The translations under genes were made by a program, and so were the position numbers. A stretch of 64,000 bases of DNA from Candidatus Algichlamydia australiensis (GTDB lineage Bacteria; Chlamydiota; Chlamydiia; Chlamydiales; JAJFMI01), in contig JAXCHI010000003.1 of NCBI GenBank assembly GCA_033977065.1, positions 1 through 64,000 of the forward strand, in the 5' to 3' direction. Shown here in pieces: positions 52,177 to 61,842 of the stretch. A model generated the notes under the pieces. It saw only the letters and a list, made by a program, of their open reading frames with translations. It ran no database searches and was not told where the DNA came from. Every line of letters starts with the position of its first letter. The stretch's first letter is position 1.

Positions 52177-53082
52177 ATGAATGCATCATTTAGCATAGCT
52201 CTGAATAGTTTTTTTGATTCGATAGCACCAACTGATTTCCATAGGTTGAATGAAGAGAATCGACAAATCGAAACCAGGGTCCTTAAACGGACCCCACCAA
52301 AAACAGCATGGCAGCTCCACGAAAAGGACATTACGCTTCTAGCGCGTGAGCTTCCCCTCTACCTTTTCCGGTTTTTTTTCTCCAGAGGCCTCGATCAGAA
52401 ACGCATCGATTTTGTTAGAGAGCACGCTTATCCTGTTGAGCATAACCAAACACGAAATGATAGGGGAAACAATACCACTTTGTATGGTAGATCAGTTGAG
52501 TCTTACTTTTTAGATACCAGGCACATCAATAATGACGACTATGACCCTCAAAAGATAAAAACTGCTATTGAAACTCTTTTCACACAGAATCCTTCTTTAT
52601 CTTTACATATTTCTGATGATGTATCCAAAGAAAACCTTCTTGTAATGCGGGTCTTTGAACGAAAGATGACTCCATGCATGAAAGATGATGTAGCAGGTAT
52701 AAAACCATTTACTCGCGAGCAAGAACGTTCTGTAGATATAGCTTGGACCACCGCTGTTGTTAACTATCCTAAAACCCTTGACGACTTACCTCCGGGCCCT
52801 GGAACGTCCGCACTTGGAGTGCACGTTGAAAGCGCAAAAACTTCCCTTGATGAGAAATCTTTAGCACATAAAAAAAGACTCACTGAAGTAAAAGAAGAAA
52901 TGCTCTCTGTTATTGATGATGTTATCGCTGGCAGAAAAGACCTCAGAGCCTTCACTTATGAGTCTTCCTATGAGTGGGCTTTTTGGAAAAGGCGCTCTGT
53001 CACTCAACTTTTTGCTTCCTCTTCTACTCTTGCCATTTCTGCTGCCATTTTTGTGTTACATAAGTTCATTTATCAAAGCTAG
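52177..53082 (+). CDS. Hypothetical protein with C-terminal hydrophobic tail
   Basis: AGAGGT RBS; tail LAISAAIFVLHKF; 12 nt after the RING-like gene. Confidence 0.65.
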   Translation: MNASFSIALNSFFDSIAPTDFHRLNEENRQIETRVLKRTPPKTAWQLHEKDITLLARELPLYLFRFFFSRGLDQKRIDFVREHAYPVEHNQTRNDRGNNTTLYGRSVESYFLDTRHINNDDYDPQKIKTAIETLFTQNPSLSLHISDDVSKENLLVMRVFERKMTPCMKDDVAGIKPFTREQERSVDIAWTTAVVNYPKTLDDLPPGPGTSALGVHVESAKTSLDEKSLAHKKRLTEVKEEMLSVIDDVIAGRKDLRAFTYESSYEWAFWKRRSVTQLFASSSTLAISAAIFVLHKFIYQS

Positions 53083-53176
53083 TTTTTCAAAAAAACTACA
53101 TCCACAAAACAAGAGCTTTAGCTAAAAGCTAAAGCTATTTTTATTAAAAATAAGAAAATTGCTATTCTCGCGGGAT

Positions 53177-53503
53177 TTAGAACACAATTAAATATTTTTT
53201 TTTGACTGGATTACTCCAATCTAAAATATCCTTGTCAATATTGAAAATTTGTACTTTGCACTGTTTGCATGTCGCCTTGCCCCCACAAGGAGACGGCACT
53301 GCGATGCCTTGCGACAAGAGTGCTGAAAGCAGCGTCTGTCCTGCTGGCACCTCTTTTGTAAGCTCCTCATCCTCATTAATCTTTAATTTGCAGGGTTTTG
53401 TCGATACAAGATAGCGTCTTACACCCAAGATCATAAAGGAGAGTATGAGGCCAATGCCCACAAAACTAAGCGAACTAATAAGGAGCAGTGTCAGGTCCAT
53501 CAC
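53177..53503 (-). pseudogene. Truncated duplicate of the nqrF 5' end
   Basis: 53253-53503 nearly identical to 50220-50470; homology weakens, then ends after DIL. Confidence 0.93.
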
Positions 53504-53554
53504 TTACTAATAAAACATTAACTAGTTAGTCGACAACTCTGATAGGATTATTTT

Positions 53555-53645
53555 CACCGCTAAATTCAGCTTTCCGAATCTAGCGGGGAATTTTCTTCTT
53601 CCATTAAGTACCGCTAAATTCTGTTTTCCGAATCTAGCGGTACTT
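53555..53645. repeat. Two tandem palindromes, 54-nt period
   Basis: CCGCTAAATTC..TTTCCGAATCTAGCGG twice; the second has an 11-bp stem AAGTACCGCTA/TAGCGGTACTT. Confidence 0.8.
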
Positions 53646-53679
53646 TTTTCAAAAGAAAGTAAGTGTATTTTTTAGTTGG

Positions 53680-53708
53680 TTGACAGGCTTCATAGGATAG
53701 GGTACACT
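53680..53708 (+). promoter_or_regulatory. Sigma70/sigma66-type promoter
   Basis: TTGACA-17 nt-TACACT upstream of the transporter-htpG operon. Confidence 0.6.
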
Positions 53709-53736
53709 TTTTCAAAGTAATCAAACTTAAACTACT

Positions 53737-55122
53737 ATGAAACAACCCCGTGAACATTGGGGCAGCCGGCTTGGCCTAATCTTAGCTGCTGCTGGATCGG
53801 CCGTTGGTCTTGGAAGCGTTTGGCGTTTCCCCTACATTGTTGGAGAAAATGGCGGTGGCGCTTTTGTTCTTCTCTATATTATTTTTACTTTAATCTTAGG
53901 CATCCCCGTCTTTATTTCTGAGGTCATCATCGGCCGCAGATCGCAAAAAGGACCTATTCAAGCCTATTCCGATCTACGCCCTCAATCGCAAAACTGGAAG
54001 ATGGTCGGTTGGCTAAATATGTTCACCTGCTTTTTAATCATTTCCTATTACTGTGTCATTGCCGGCTGGTGTACCAGCTATATTTTGATGTCTCTCGGAC
54101 AATTCTGGCAAGGGAAAGATCCTACGCAGGTAAGAGAAGTTTTTAGCATTCTTGCCAACTCTTCCGATATCAGCATTTTCTGGCTCTTTATCTACATCAT
54201 GCTCAATATCGGTATTGTTCTCGCTGGTATTCGTAAGGGAATTGAACACTGGAGCCGTATTTTAATGCCCGCTTTTGTTGTCATTCTCCTCGGACTTTTT
54301 GGTTATAGCATGTTTTTAAAGGGCTTCCCCGAAGCATTTAAATTTGTTTTATATCCTGATTTCTCAAAGCTTTCTGCGCATGGAATATTAGAGGCTCTCG
54401 GTATGGCCTTCTTTACGCTGAGCGTTGGCCTTGGTATTATTTTGACCTACGGTAGCTACATGAAAGAGAGTGAAGATGTACCAAAAATGGGCTTTACTGT
54501 GGCAGGTTTAACAATTGCTATCTCGATTATTTCAGCTCTTGTTATTTTCCCGATTGTCTTCACATACAATCTACCAAGTCAGGGAGGGCCTGGACTCATT
54601 TTTCAAACCATGCCTGTGATCTTCTCCCAAATGCCAGGAGCGATCTTTTTCTCAACAATTTTCTTTATTCTCATCGTTTTCATTGCATTAACCTCATCGA
54701 TCTCTCTTTTAGAAGTCTTGGTAGCAAATTTGATTGAAAACTTTAAGCTCTCACGCAATAAGGCTGTCCTCTACGCTGGAATAGGGATCTTCCTTCTTGG
54801 CATCCCTTGCGCTCTGTCCTCTTCTGGCGCTCTTTTCGGAAGTTGGAATGCGATTTACGGCAGAAACTTTTTAGAAACTCTTGACCACTTGACTGCAAAC
54901 TGGATGATGCCTTTCGCAGGGCTTTTCGCCATCCTATTTGTGGGCTGGTTTTTGGATAAAAAATTGGTTTACGATGAGTTTACAAGCGGCACAACACTGC
55001 AAAAGCTCTTTCCCATCTGGCGCTTCTCTGTGCGCTGGATCGCCCCAGCTGCTGTGATCGTGATCATTTTGCAAGAAGCTGGTATTGTTCATATTGAAAA
55101 ACTTTTAACCCTTTTTAATTAA
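53737..55122 (+). CDS. Sodium-dependent transporter (NSS/SNF family)
   Basis: REHWGSRLGLILAAAGSAVGLGSVWRFPY..GENGGGAF signature. Confidence 0.95.
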   Translation: MKQPREHWGSRLGLILAAAGSAVGLGSVWRFPYIVGENGGGAFVLLYIIFTLILGIPVFISEVIIGRRSQKGPIQAYSDLRPQSQNWKMVGWLNMFTCFLIISYYCVIAGWCTSYILMSLGQFWQGKDPTQVREVFSILANSSDISIFWLFIYIMLNIGIVLAGIRKGIEHWSRILMPAFVVILLGLFGYSMFLKGFPEAFKFVLYPDFSKLSAHGILEALGMAFFTLSVGLGIILTYGSYMKESEDVPKMGFTVAGLTIAISIISALVIFPIVFTYNLPSQGGPGLIFQTMPVIFSQMPGAIFFSTIFFILIVFIALTSSISLLEVLVANLIENFKLSRNKAVLYAGIGIFLLGIPCALSSSGALFGSWNAIYGRNFLETLDHLTANWMMPFAGLFAILFVGWFLDKKLVYDEFTSGTTLQKLFPIWRFSVRWIAPAAVIVIILQEAGIVHIEKLLTLFN

Positions 55123-55124
55123 TT

Positions 55125-56888
55125 ATGAGTAAAAGTACGCTAAAAATTCACAGTGAAAATATTTTACCCATTATCAAAAAATGGCTCTATACTGATCGCG
55201 ACATTTTCCTACGCGAGCTAGTTTCAAACTCTTGCGATGCCATTTCAAAGTGTAAGGTTTTGGGTATTTCGGACGATTTTCGTATCGATATTACGATTTC
55301 TAAGGAGGGCAAGTCTCTTCTGATTTCCGATAATGGAATTGGAATGAGCGCCCAGGAAGTAAAAAAATATATTGCGCAGATCGCTTTCTCCGGTGCAGAA
55401 GATTTTCTTGAAAAATATGAGAACGCAGAGAGTTCTGATGCAATCATTGGGCACTTTGGCCTCGGCTTCTACTCTTCGTTTATGGTCGCGGACAAGGTTG
55501 AAATTGATACCCTCTCTCATAAAGAGAAGTCTAAAGCAGCCCACTGGAGCTGCGATGGGGGAATCGATTATGAGTTAACAGAAGGGACGCGCGACACACG
55601 TGGAACAGCGATCACACTTCACTTAAATGAGGAAAACCATGAGTTCTTAGAAGAGGATAAGCTGCGTGCTATCCTTTCCAAATATTGCAGCTTCCTCCCC
55701 TACCCTCTCTATTTGGAAGGCAAGCAGATTAATGAAAAAGAGCCTCTCTACACAAAGCCTGCAGCAGAGTGCACAGATGAGGAGTATTTAGACTTTTATC
55801 GACAACTCCACCCGATGGAACCCGATCCCATTTTCTGGGTCCATCTCAATGTTGACTACCCGTTTAATTTAAAAGGAATTTTGTATTTCCCTAAGGTGGA
55901 TCGCCGCTTTGACCCTGCTAAGCCGCAGATTCAGCTCTACTGCAATCGCGTCTTTGTCTCCGATAATTTGCGCGACCTTCTTCCCGACTATTTGACCATT
56001 TTACGCGGCGCTATTGACAGTCCCGATATTCCTTTGAATGTTTCGCGTAGCAGTTTGCAGATGGATCGCACAGTGCGCCAGCTTGGTTCACACATCGCCA
56101 AGAAGCTTGCTGATAAGCTAAAAGATTTAATGGAGAATGAGCGCGAGCGTTATGAGACGATTTGGCCCGACCTTGAAACCATTTTAAAAATTGGAAGCTT
56201 GCAAGATGAAAAATTTTATGAGCGTTTAGCTGACCTACTTCTCTGGAAAGATTTAGAGGGAAATTTTGCTCCTCTCAATAAGGATCAGGAAAAGGTTTAC
56301 TACACAACAGATCCTCATGCAAAGAGTTTAGAGCTCTACAAAGAGAAAAAAATTCCTGTACTGATCAGCGAAAGTCCTCTCAACACCCCTTTTATCCAAC
56401 TGCTTGAACGCAAGCACTCCCCTCTAAAGTTTCACCGTGTGGATGGAACGATCGACGAGGCAATTTTGGACAAGGAGCGAGAAAAAACGGTTCTTGATGA
56501 AGAGGGAAAAACAGAGGCTTCTCATATTGCCGACTTTTTCCGCACGCACCTTGGCAGTGACCAGCTGGAAGTCGAAGCCAAAAGCTTGGCTTCAGATGAG
56601 CTTCCTGCAATGCTCTTAATTGATGAAAACATGCGTCGCATCCGCGATGCGATGGCTCTTTCTCAAGAGAAGATGGCGGGATTCCCAGAAAAGCAGCGCT
56701 TTATTCTCAATACCAACTCCCCTCTTATTGCTCGGATCTTTGCTAAGAGCAAGGAGAGTCCTGAGCTTGGCAAAGAGCTTGCTCTTCACCTTCTCGAGAT
56801 GACGCGTCTCTCTCAAAAAGAGCTGCAACCTGGTGATCTACCAAAATTGATTGAAAGAAATACAAAACTGCTGGAAAAACTAATCTAA
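55125..56888 (+). CDS. htpG: Molecular chaperone HtpG (Hsp90)
   Basis: LYTDRDIFLRELVSN, DNGIGM, IGHFGLGFYS and DSPDIPLNVSRS motifs. Confidence 0.96.
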   Translation: MSKSTLKIHSENILPIIKKWLYTDRDIFLRELVSNSCDAISKCKVLGISDDFRIDITISKEGKSLLISDNGIGMSAQEVKKYIAQIAFSGAEDFLEKYENAESSDAIIGHFGLGFYSSFMVADKVEIDTLSHKEKSKAAHWSCDGGIDYELTEGTRDTRGTAITLHLNEENHEFLEEDKLRAILSKYCSFLPYPLYLEGKQINEKEPLYTKPAAECTDEEYLDFYRQLHPMEPDPIFWVHLNVDYPFNLKGILYFPKVDRRFDPAKPQIQLYCNRVFVSDNLRDLLPDYLTILRGAIDSPDIPLNVSRSSLQMDRTVRQLGSHIAKKLADKLKDLMENERERYETIWPDLETILKIGSLQDEKFYERLADLLLWKDLEGNFAPLNKDQEKVYYTTDPHAKSLELYKEKKIPVLISESPLNTPFIQLLERKHSPLKFHRVDGTIDEAILDKEREKTVLDEEGKTEASHIADFFRTHLGSDQLEVEAKSLASDELPAMLLIDENMRRIRDAMALSQEKMAGFPEKQRFILNTNSPLIARIFAKSKESPELGKELALHLLEMTRLSQKELQPGDLPKLIERNTKLLEKLI

Positions 56889-56906
56889 TAATACTATTGA
56901 TAAGGA

Positions 56907-58094
56907 GTGAGAAACCTCCTTATCATAATTATATTTCCCGTTATTCTACTTGCAAAAGTAGGAAATCCTTCCGCAGTTACACTTACTTGGATCTCCGACC
57001 CCTCAAGCACCATGACTATCTCATGGCATACTCCCTCCAATCGCTATCCTTCATATATCCATTACCGTGAAGTCGGAAAAAGTGATTGGACAACCCGCCT
57101 CGCTTCTAGCAAAACTCCTTCAGGCTATCTCACAGTCCGCAGGACTACTTTGCAAAATTTAAAGCCCGGACACTCCTATGAGTTTCGCATTGATGATGCT
57201 ACGGAATCCTACGCGTTTAAGACTCTTTCCGCTGATTCCAAAGCCCCCCTAAATTTTGCTATTGGTGGTGATGTCTACCGCTCTTTTGCCCTCTATAAAA
57301 AAATGATGGATACGGTTGCAAAAAAGAGTCCACAGTTCGTGATTTTAGGTGGGGATATTGCGTATACTCTTCGCTCTCCTTACTTTATTCATACAAAACG
57401 TTTTGAGTTAAAACGCTGGCACACTTTTTTCAATGAGTGGTCAAAACGCATGGTGGATCGCGACGGCTATCTCATTCCTCTTGTGATTGTCCCCGGGAAC
57501 CACGATGTGAATGGCCCTCCAACATCTCATATAACACGCGACACTCTCTACTACGACTTTGTTCCTCTTCAGGTCGAGGGGCGCACCTACTCAGCGGTTG
57601 ATTTTACCCCTCTCTTTAGCCTCTTTATCCTTGATACGGGACATGGGGCGCCAGTAGAGGGCGCGCAGACTGAATGGCTCTCAAAAGCATTAAAGGAGCG
57701 CGAAAGCGTCCCCTTAAAAATTGCTGTTTATCACGAAGCGGCCTACCCTGCCTACTATCTGCCTGATAGTCGAAATTCCAAAAAAATGCGCCGCTACTGG
57801 ACCCCTCTCTTTGATGAGTATCACCTCAATCTTGCGTTTGAAAATGACAACCACACCTACAAAAGAACTCATCCCATTAAAAATCAACAGATTGACCCTT
57901 CAGGAACTCTCTATCTAGGAGATGGCGCCTGGGGTGTCGATGCGCGTCGTCCTAAAAGCCCTGCTCAACTCTGGTATCTCGCTAAGAGCCAGCAGATCAA
58001 CCATTTCTATATGATTCACTATTCAGCTCCTAATCTTCAGGTTGAAAGTTACGATATTAAGGGAAAAATCATAGAAAACATCGCAATTCCCTGA
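56907..58094 (+). CDS. Exported purple-acid-phosphatase-like metallophosphoesterase (FN3 + MPP)
   Basis: Signal peptide; GGD, GGDIAY, PGNHD, YH and ENDNHTYKRT motifs. Confidence 0.88.
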   Translation: MRNLLIIIIFPVILLAKVGNPSAVTLTWISDPSSTMTISWHTPSNRYPSYIHYREVGKSDWTTRLASSKTPSGYLTVRRTTLQNLKPGHSYEFRIDDATESYAFKTLSADSKAPLNFAIGGDVYRSFALYKKMMDTVAKKSPQFVILGGDIAYTLRSPYFIHTKRFELKRWHTFFNEWSKRMVDRDGYLIPLVIVPGNHDVNGPPTSHITRDTLYYDFVPLQVEGRTYSAVDFTPLFSLFILDTGHGAPVEGAQTEWLSKALKERESVPLKIAVYHEAAYPAYYLPDSRNSKKMRRYWTPLFDEYHLNLAFENDNHTYKRTHPIKNQQIDPSGTLYLGDGAWGVDARRPKSPAQLWYLAKSQQINHFYMIHYSAPNLQVESYDIKGKIIENIAIP

Positions 58095-58172
58095 TAATCA
58101 ATAACTAAAATATTTGTTTAATAAATATCCGATATAATATAATTAATATTAGGTTAATAGAGAGTTAATAAA

Positions 58173-59714
58173 ATGTCAGATCGAGACTATAATATTAAAG
58201 GGGCTATTGATGTTCTCTACGTGGACCCCACAAAGATTTTAGAAGAGGACCGACGCCATATCGAGATCGCCAATGTGGTTGATCGGATGCTCCATAATAA
58301 GATTCTGCCGGAGCTTTTTCAGAACGCAGAAGAAACGTCTGATTTTGCTATTGAGGTAACCCGAAACTCGCTTACTTTAAACGGGCAAGAGGTTAAAAAT
58401 CTCACTCATACGTTTGTTCCCAAAAGTCCTCTTGAAAAAAGACAGGTCCGACAACTTACAAAAGATATACGCGCTATTATGCGCCTTGTTGATGCCTCCT
58501 TTTCAAAACTTAAAGAACAACCCACAAATATTTTTGCATCTTCTTTAGAACTTGAAGAGCTCTTTGTAGAAGAAGCAATTCCTGTAGAGGCAGATCTTCC
58601 CTCTGATGAGGTGCGCTTCCATTTTGGAGATGTGGGAGAGATTCTTGAAGCTGTAGCAGAAGATGACGAGGGTGGAATTGAATATAGGAATTATTTAGCG
58701 CTTGAAACGGAGTTAAACGATAAGCTTGCCGCCATTGCCGATCTTCGTGAAGAGCTTGTGACAACAAAAGCTCGGAACCGTGAAACAATCGCTAGCCCAG
58801 ATGACAGCGTGCAAATTGAGAATTTAAGGCATGAGTTCGAGACGACAAAAGCCCAGGCTAGTGAAACGATCACTCAGTTACAAGAAGAGATCACACAATT
58901 AAAAGAGCTATCTCAAGCTAACCCATCACGCGCCTCAGAGCTTGATGAGCTAGACGGTGAATTTTCTGAAAATGAATTGCTCCCTCATGACTCCTTATTG
59001 TTTTCCGATGATGAAGAGAGTTTTTTTGGGGAAATAGAAGCTGATCAGCTATCAGAGTTAGAAGAAGCAAAAAGAAGGCTCTCTGATCAACAAGAGCAAC
59101 TGAGTAGACTACAAGACTCTTTAATGAAAGAACATGGAAAGTTCGTTGCTACTCAAGCTGCGCTTAAAGCTGCTCAAAAGGTTTCTGTTCCGTTGGTTCC
59201 CTCCCTTGATCAAAGCAAAATACATGACTTAAAAGATGAATTGGACGCTACTCGGGATCATCTCACCGGTAATATTGAAAGGTTGGACAGTTTGAAAAGA
59301 GCTTTGGATAACGCGCGAAATGAAAAAGAAGAGTTGCAAGCAAAGGTGAATAACCTTGAGAGCCAACGTAACGATAGAGAAAATCAAATTACTTTTCTTC
59401 GCAAACAGCAGGAAAATCACGTCAGAACTGCTGAAGAGTTAAAAAAGAGAGAAGCGGAGCTAGCGCAATTAGAGAGAGATTTTGCATTTGCAAAAGACGC
59501 TGTTGAACAGTTGGATCGCCGAAATGTGGAACTAGGATACGCACTAGATGCGTCTCAAAAAGCTAAGCAAGCTTGGAAAGAAGAGAGAGAGGCGCTACTT
59601 GAGTCGAACAGATTCGAAAAGAAGGCCATCTCGCAATTGTTTCAATCTTTGCAAGAATCCGAAGAGCTTCCACTAAGCCTTCGTGGACGCCTCGCTTGCA
59701 TCAGTTGTAGCTGA
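58173..59714 (+). CDS. Acidic coiled-coil hypothetical protein (candidate effector)
   Basis: Long heptad-rich, Glu-rich regions; 3' end overlaps yajC. Confidence 0.7.
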   Translation: MSDRDYNIKGAIDVLYVDPTKILEEDRRHIEIANVVDRMLHNKILPELFQNAEETSDFAIEVTRNSLTLNGQEVKNLTHTFVPKSPLEKRQVRQLTKDIRAIMRLVDASFSKLKEQPTNIFASSLELEELFVEEAIPVEADLPSDEVRFHFGDVGEILEAVAEDDEGGIEYRNYLALETELNDKLAAIADLREELVTTKARNRETIASPDDSVQIENLRHEFETTKAQASETITQLQEEITQLKELSQANPSRASELDELDGEFSENELLPHDSLLFSDDEESFFGEIEADQLSELEEAKRRLSDQQEQLSRLQDSLMKEHGKFVATQAALKAAQKVSVPLVPSLDQSKIHDLKDELDATRDHLTGNIERLDSLKRALDNARNEKEELQAKVNNLESQRNDRENQITFLRKQQENHVRTAEELKKREAELAQLERDFAFAKDAVEQLDRRNVELGYALDASQKAKQAWKEEREALLESNRFEKKAISQLFQSLQESEELPLSLRGRLACISCS

Positions 59715-60029
59715 GCCCACATGGACTTCTGAGATTGCCCCTTTCAAAACTTCGATTTTAGCGCCATCAACCATGCTCAAAATAACTGTCTTTTCCCCAA
59801 TTTTGTGAATCGTGCCAACGATTCCCATTGCAGTTACTCGATCCCCTTTTTGCATTGCATCGCGCTGCTCAGCCATTTTTTTGCGACGCTTCTGCTCCGG
59901 TCTGAAGAGCAAAAAGTAGAAAAAGACAACAGAAAGACCCAAGAAGATCAGAACTTGCGACCAGTTTTGTTGTGGGGCTGCACCACTATTTCCAAGAAAA
60001 GAGAAGGTTGCCAGTATATTGTCCATCAT
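59673..60029 (-). CDS. yajC: Preprotein translocase subunit YajC
   Basis: FFYFLLFRPEQKRRK and KGDRVTAMGIVGTI motifs. Confidence 0.95.
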   Translation of the reverse strand: MMDNILATFSFLGNSGAAPQQNWSQVLIFLGLSVVFFYFLLFRPEQKRRKKMAEQRDAMQKGDRVTAMGIVGTIHKIGEKTVILSMVDGAKIEVLKGAISEVHVGSATTDASEASTKA

Positions 60030-60655
60030 AAGATCACCAAGTTTGATTTTTCTCTATTGTACTCCCTTCCTTCCCTAGAATCAAGGAATTCTTCCAATGT
60101 TTTTGACTTAAAAAAAACATTTTTTGATGGGTGGGTGTTTACGTTCTCTTTTGCATCCAGAAGAGCGTAAGGGTTTTTTTCTAGTCCAATCGCCTTCTTC
60201 ACATAGGGGGCAAGCGCAATGGGCCAAAAACCGGCTCCACACTCTGGAACAATTAAAAGCGTCTCTTTGTTTAGGGTCTCTACTTGTTTCAAAAATTGTG
60301 TTTCAATTTCACAAATATTTTCTGGAAAAGGTGTAGCAGGACTAAAGCAAAATGTCATGGGTTCAGGTAGATGAAGAGTCTCATGAATCCACTCAGGCCC
60401 AGCGAGATGCATTTCAGAAAATGCGCTTGTTTGCGAAATAATATGCAGAAAAATAGCGAGAGGATCGCTAGTTGTGGCAAGAAGTGTCGTACAAAAGCGA
60501 TCAATTTGCGTCTGCGTTAATCCAGATTGGGCGGAGACGCTAAGAATCGCCATCTTTTCCTGCGTGCGCTTTGCCTCTCGCAATTCAAGATTTTGTATGA
60601 TTCCGCGACCTACTGCCGTGATTTCATGTTTAGCTTGTTCTTTCCAGGTACTCAA
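60026..60655 (-). pseudogene. Degenerate fragment of an RlmD/TrmA-family RNA m5U methyltransferase
   Basis: Syntenic between hctA and yajC. LELREAKRT, FSPATPFPEN and ECGAG...GLE.NPYALLDAKEN are retained; the N-terminal TRAM/Fe-S region and C-terminal DPPR/catalytic Cys are absent. Confidence 0.6.
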
Positions 60656-60709
60656 GCCTTGGATTATAGAGAAATCCCCTAGATTTTTCCAGGGGATTAA
60701 AAACTTTAT

Positions 60710-61105
60710 CTACCGTGGCTGTGCCCAGCGCTTGTTGTAGTTAGCACGGGTTGGGCTGATTGTCTCCGCTTTCTTGCGCAAGATCTCGGCCATCTTATTC
60801 ATCCGCGTCTCGTTTGAAAAGTTTACGGGTACATCACCATGATCGAGCTTCTCTGCCCAGATCAGAAGGCTTTGAAGAGAATCTTTTAACTCTCCTCCAA
60901 GCATAATATTTGTTTGAAAACGAGCGAAGTCCAAGAGGAAGATCAGTCGTGGAACTAGTCCCTCAATATGCTCGTCACAAGAATCTTTTAGCTCCTTCTC
61001 ATACTCTTTTAAAAAGGCGCCAAACTCTTTGTCGATGTCGATATCTGGAGCCTTCTTAATTAAGTTGTCCAGTGCACGCATCATATGTTGATGACTCTCT
61101 GCCAT
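60710..61105 (-). CDS. Hypothetical protein
   Basis: GGAGGA RBS; 131 aa. Confidence 0.65.
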   Translation of the reverse strand: MAESHQHMMRALDNLIKKAPDIDIDKEFGAFLKEYEKELKDSCDEHIEGLVPRLIFLLDFARFQTNIMLGGELKDSLQSLLIWAEKLDHGDVPVNFSNETRMNKMAEILRKKAETISPTRANYNKRWAQPR

Positions 61106-61168
61106 TCTTCCTCCAGAGGTAAAGTAAAGCAGACATCTCGGTTCGAGATGTCTGCTTTACAGATTTGT

Positions 61169-61693
61169 TTATCTTTTAGTTTTTCTTCTTGTCGTTTTTC
61201 TTTTAGCAGCTGTTTTTCTTTTTGCTGGTGCTTTTTTCTTTGCAACTGTTTTTCTCTTTGCCGGCGCTTTTCTCTTAGCTGTTGTTTTCTTCTTAGCTGT
61301 GGTCTTTCTCTTCGCTGGTGCTTTTTTCTTCGCAGCTGTTTTTCTTTTTGTTGTTGTCTTCTTCTTAGCAGCAGTCTTTCTCTTCGCTGGTGCTTTTTTC
61401 TTTGCAACTGTTTTTCTCTTTGCCGGCGCTTTTCTCTTAGCTGTTGTCTTCTTAGCAGCTGTCTTTTTCTTCGCTGGCTTTTTCTTTGCTGCTACCTTGG
61501 TTTTCTTTAAAGAACCATTTTTTGCTGCAGCAACAGACTCTTTGCGGAAAGTCTTTGCAAGTTTTGCAAATTTGATGGTATTTGTGCGCATGCGCTGGCA
61601 AGCAGCTTTGTTACCGCAGCATCCTTTTGTCAAATCTTTTGCCATTTGATCGAGCATCTTGCCCATCTTTGCCATTGTATCTTTTAGTGCCAC
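61169..61693 (-). CDS. hctA: Histone H1-like protein Hc1 with an extended hexapeptide tail
   Basis: GTG start after GGAGGAG; ALKDT..KM...GNKAA.QR.RT..IK..K.AK.FRKES Hc1 domain; Lys-rich tail. Confidence 0.88.
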   Translation of the reverse strand: MALKDTMAKMGKMLDQMAKDLTKGCCGNKAACQRMRTNTIKFAKLAKTFRKESVAAAKNGSLKKTKVAAKKKPAKKKTAAKKTTAKRKAPAKRKTVAKKKAPAKRKTAAKKKTTTKRKTAAKKKAPAKRKTTAKKKTTAKRKAPAKRKTVAKKKAPAKRKTAAKRKTTRRKTKR

Positions 61694-61842
61694 CTTCTCC
61701 TCCAATAATTCTTAATTTTTAGAATAGTTGCCTATCCTTAATGTTAGTGGTTACTTCTTTGAATAATTTTTATCATTAAATTGTGCAAGCATTTTTTAAA
61801 TAAAAGATGTCTAAAAAAGGCGTTTCGATTAAATTAGGGATA

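Noticed and set aside
53560..55125. CIRCE element for htpG
   Set aside because: No TTAGCACTC-N9-GAGTGCTAA match seen; the nearby palindromes differ.
61081..61649. Cys/Phe-rich, Phe/Ala-rich and Gln/Arg-rich ORFs
   Set aside because: Alternative-frame and antisense products of the hctA repeats.
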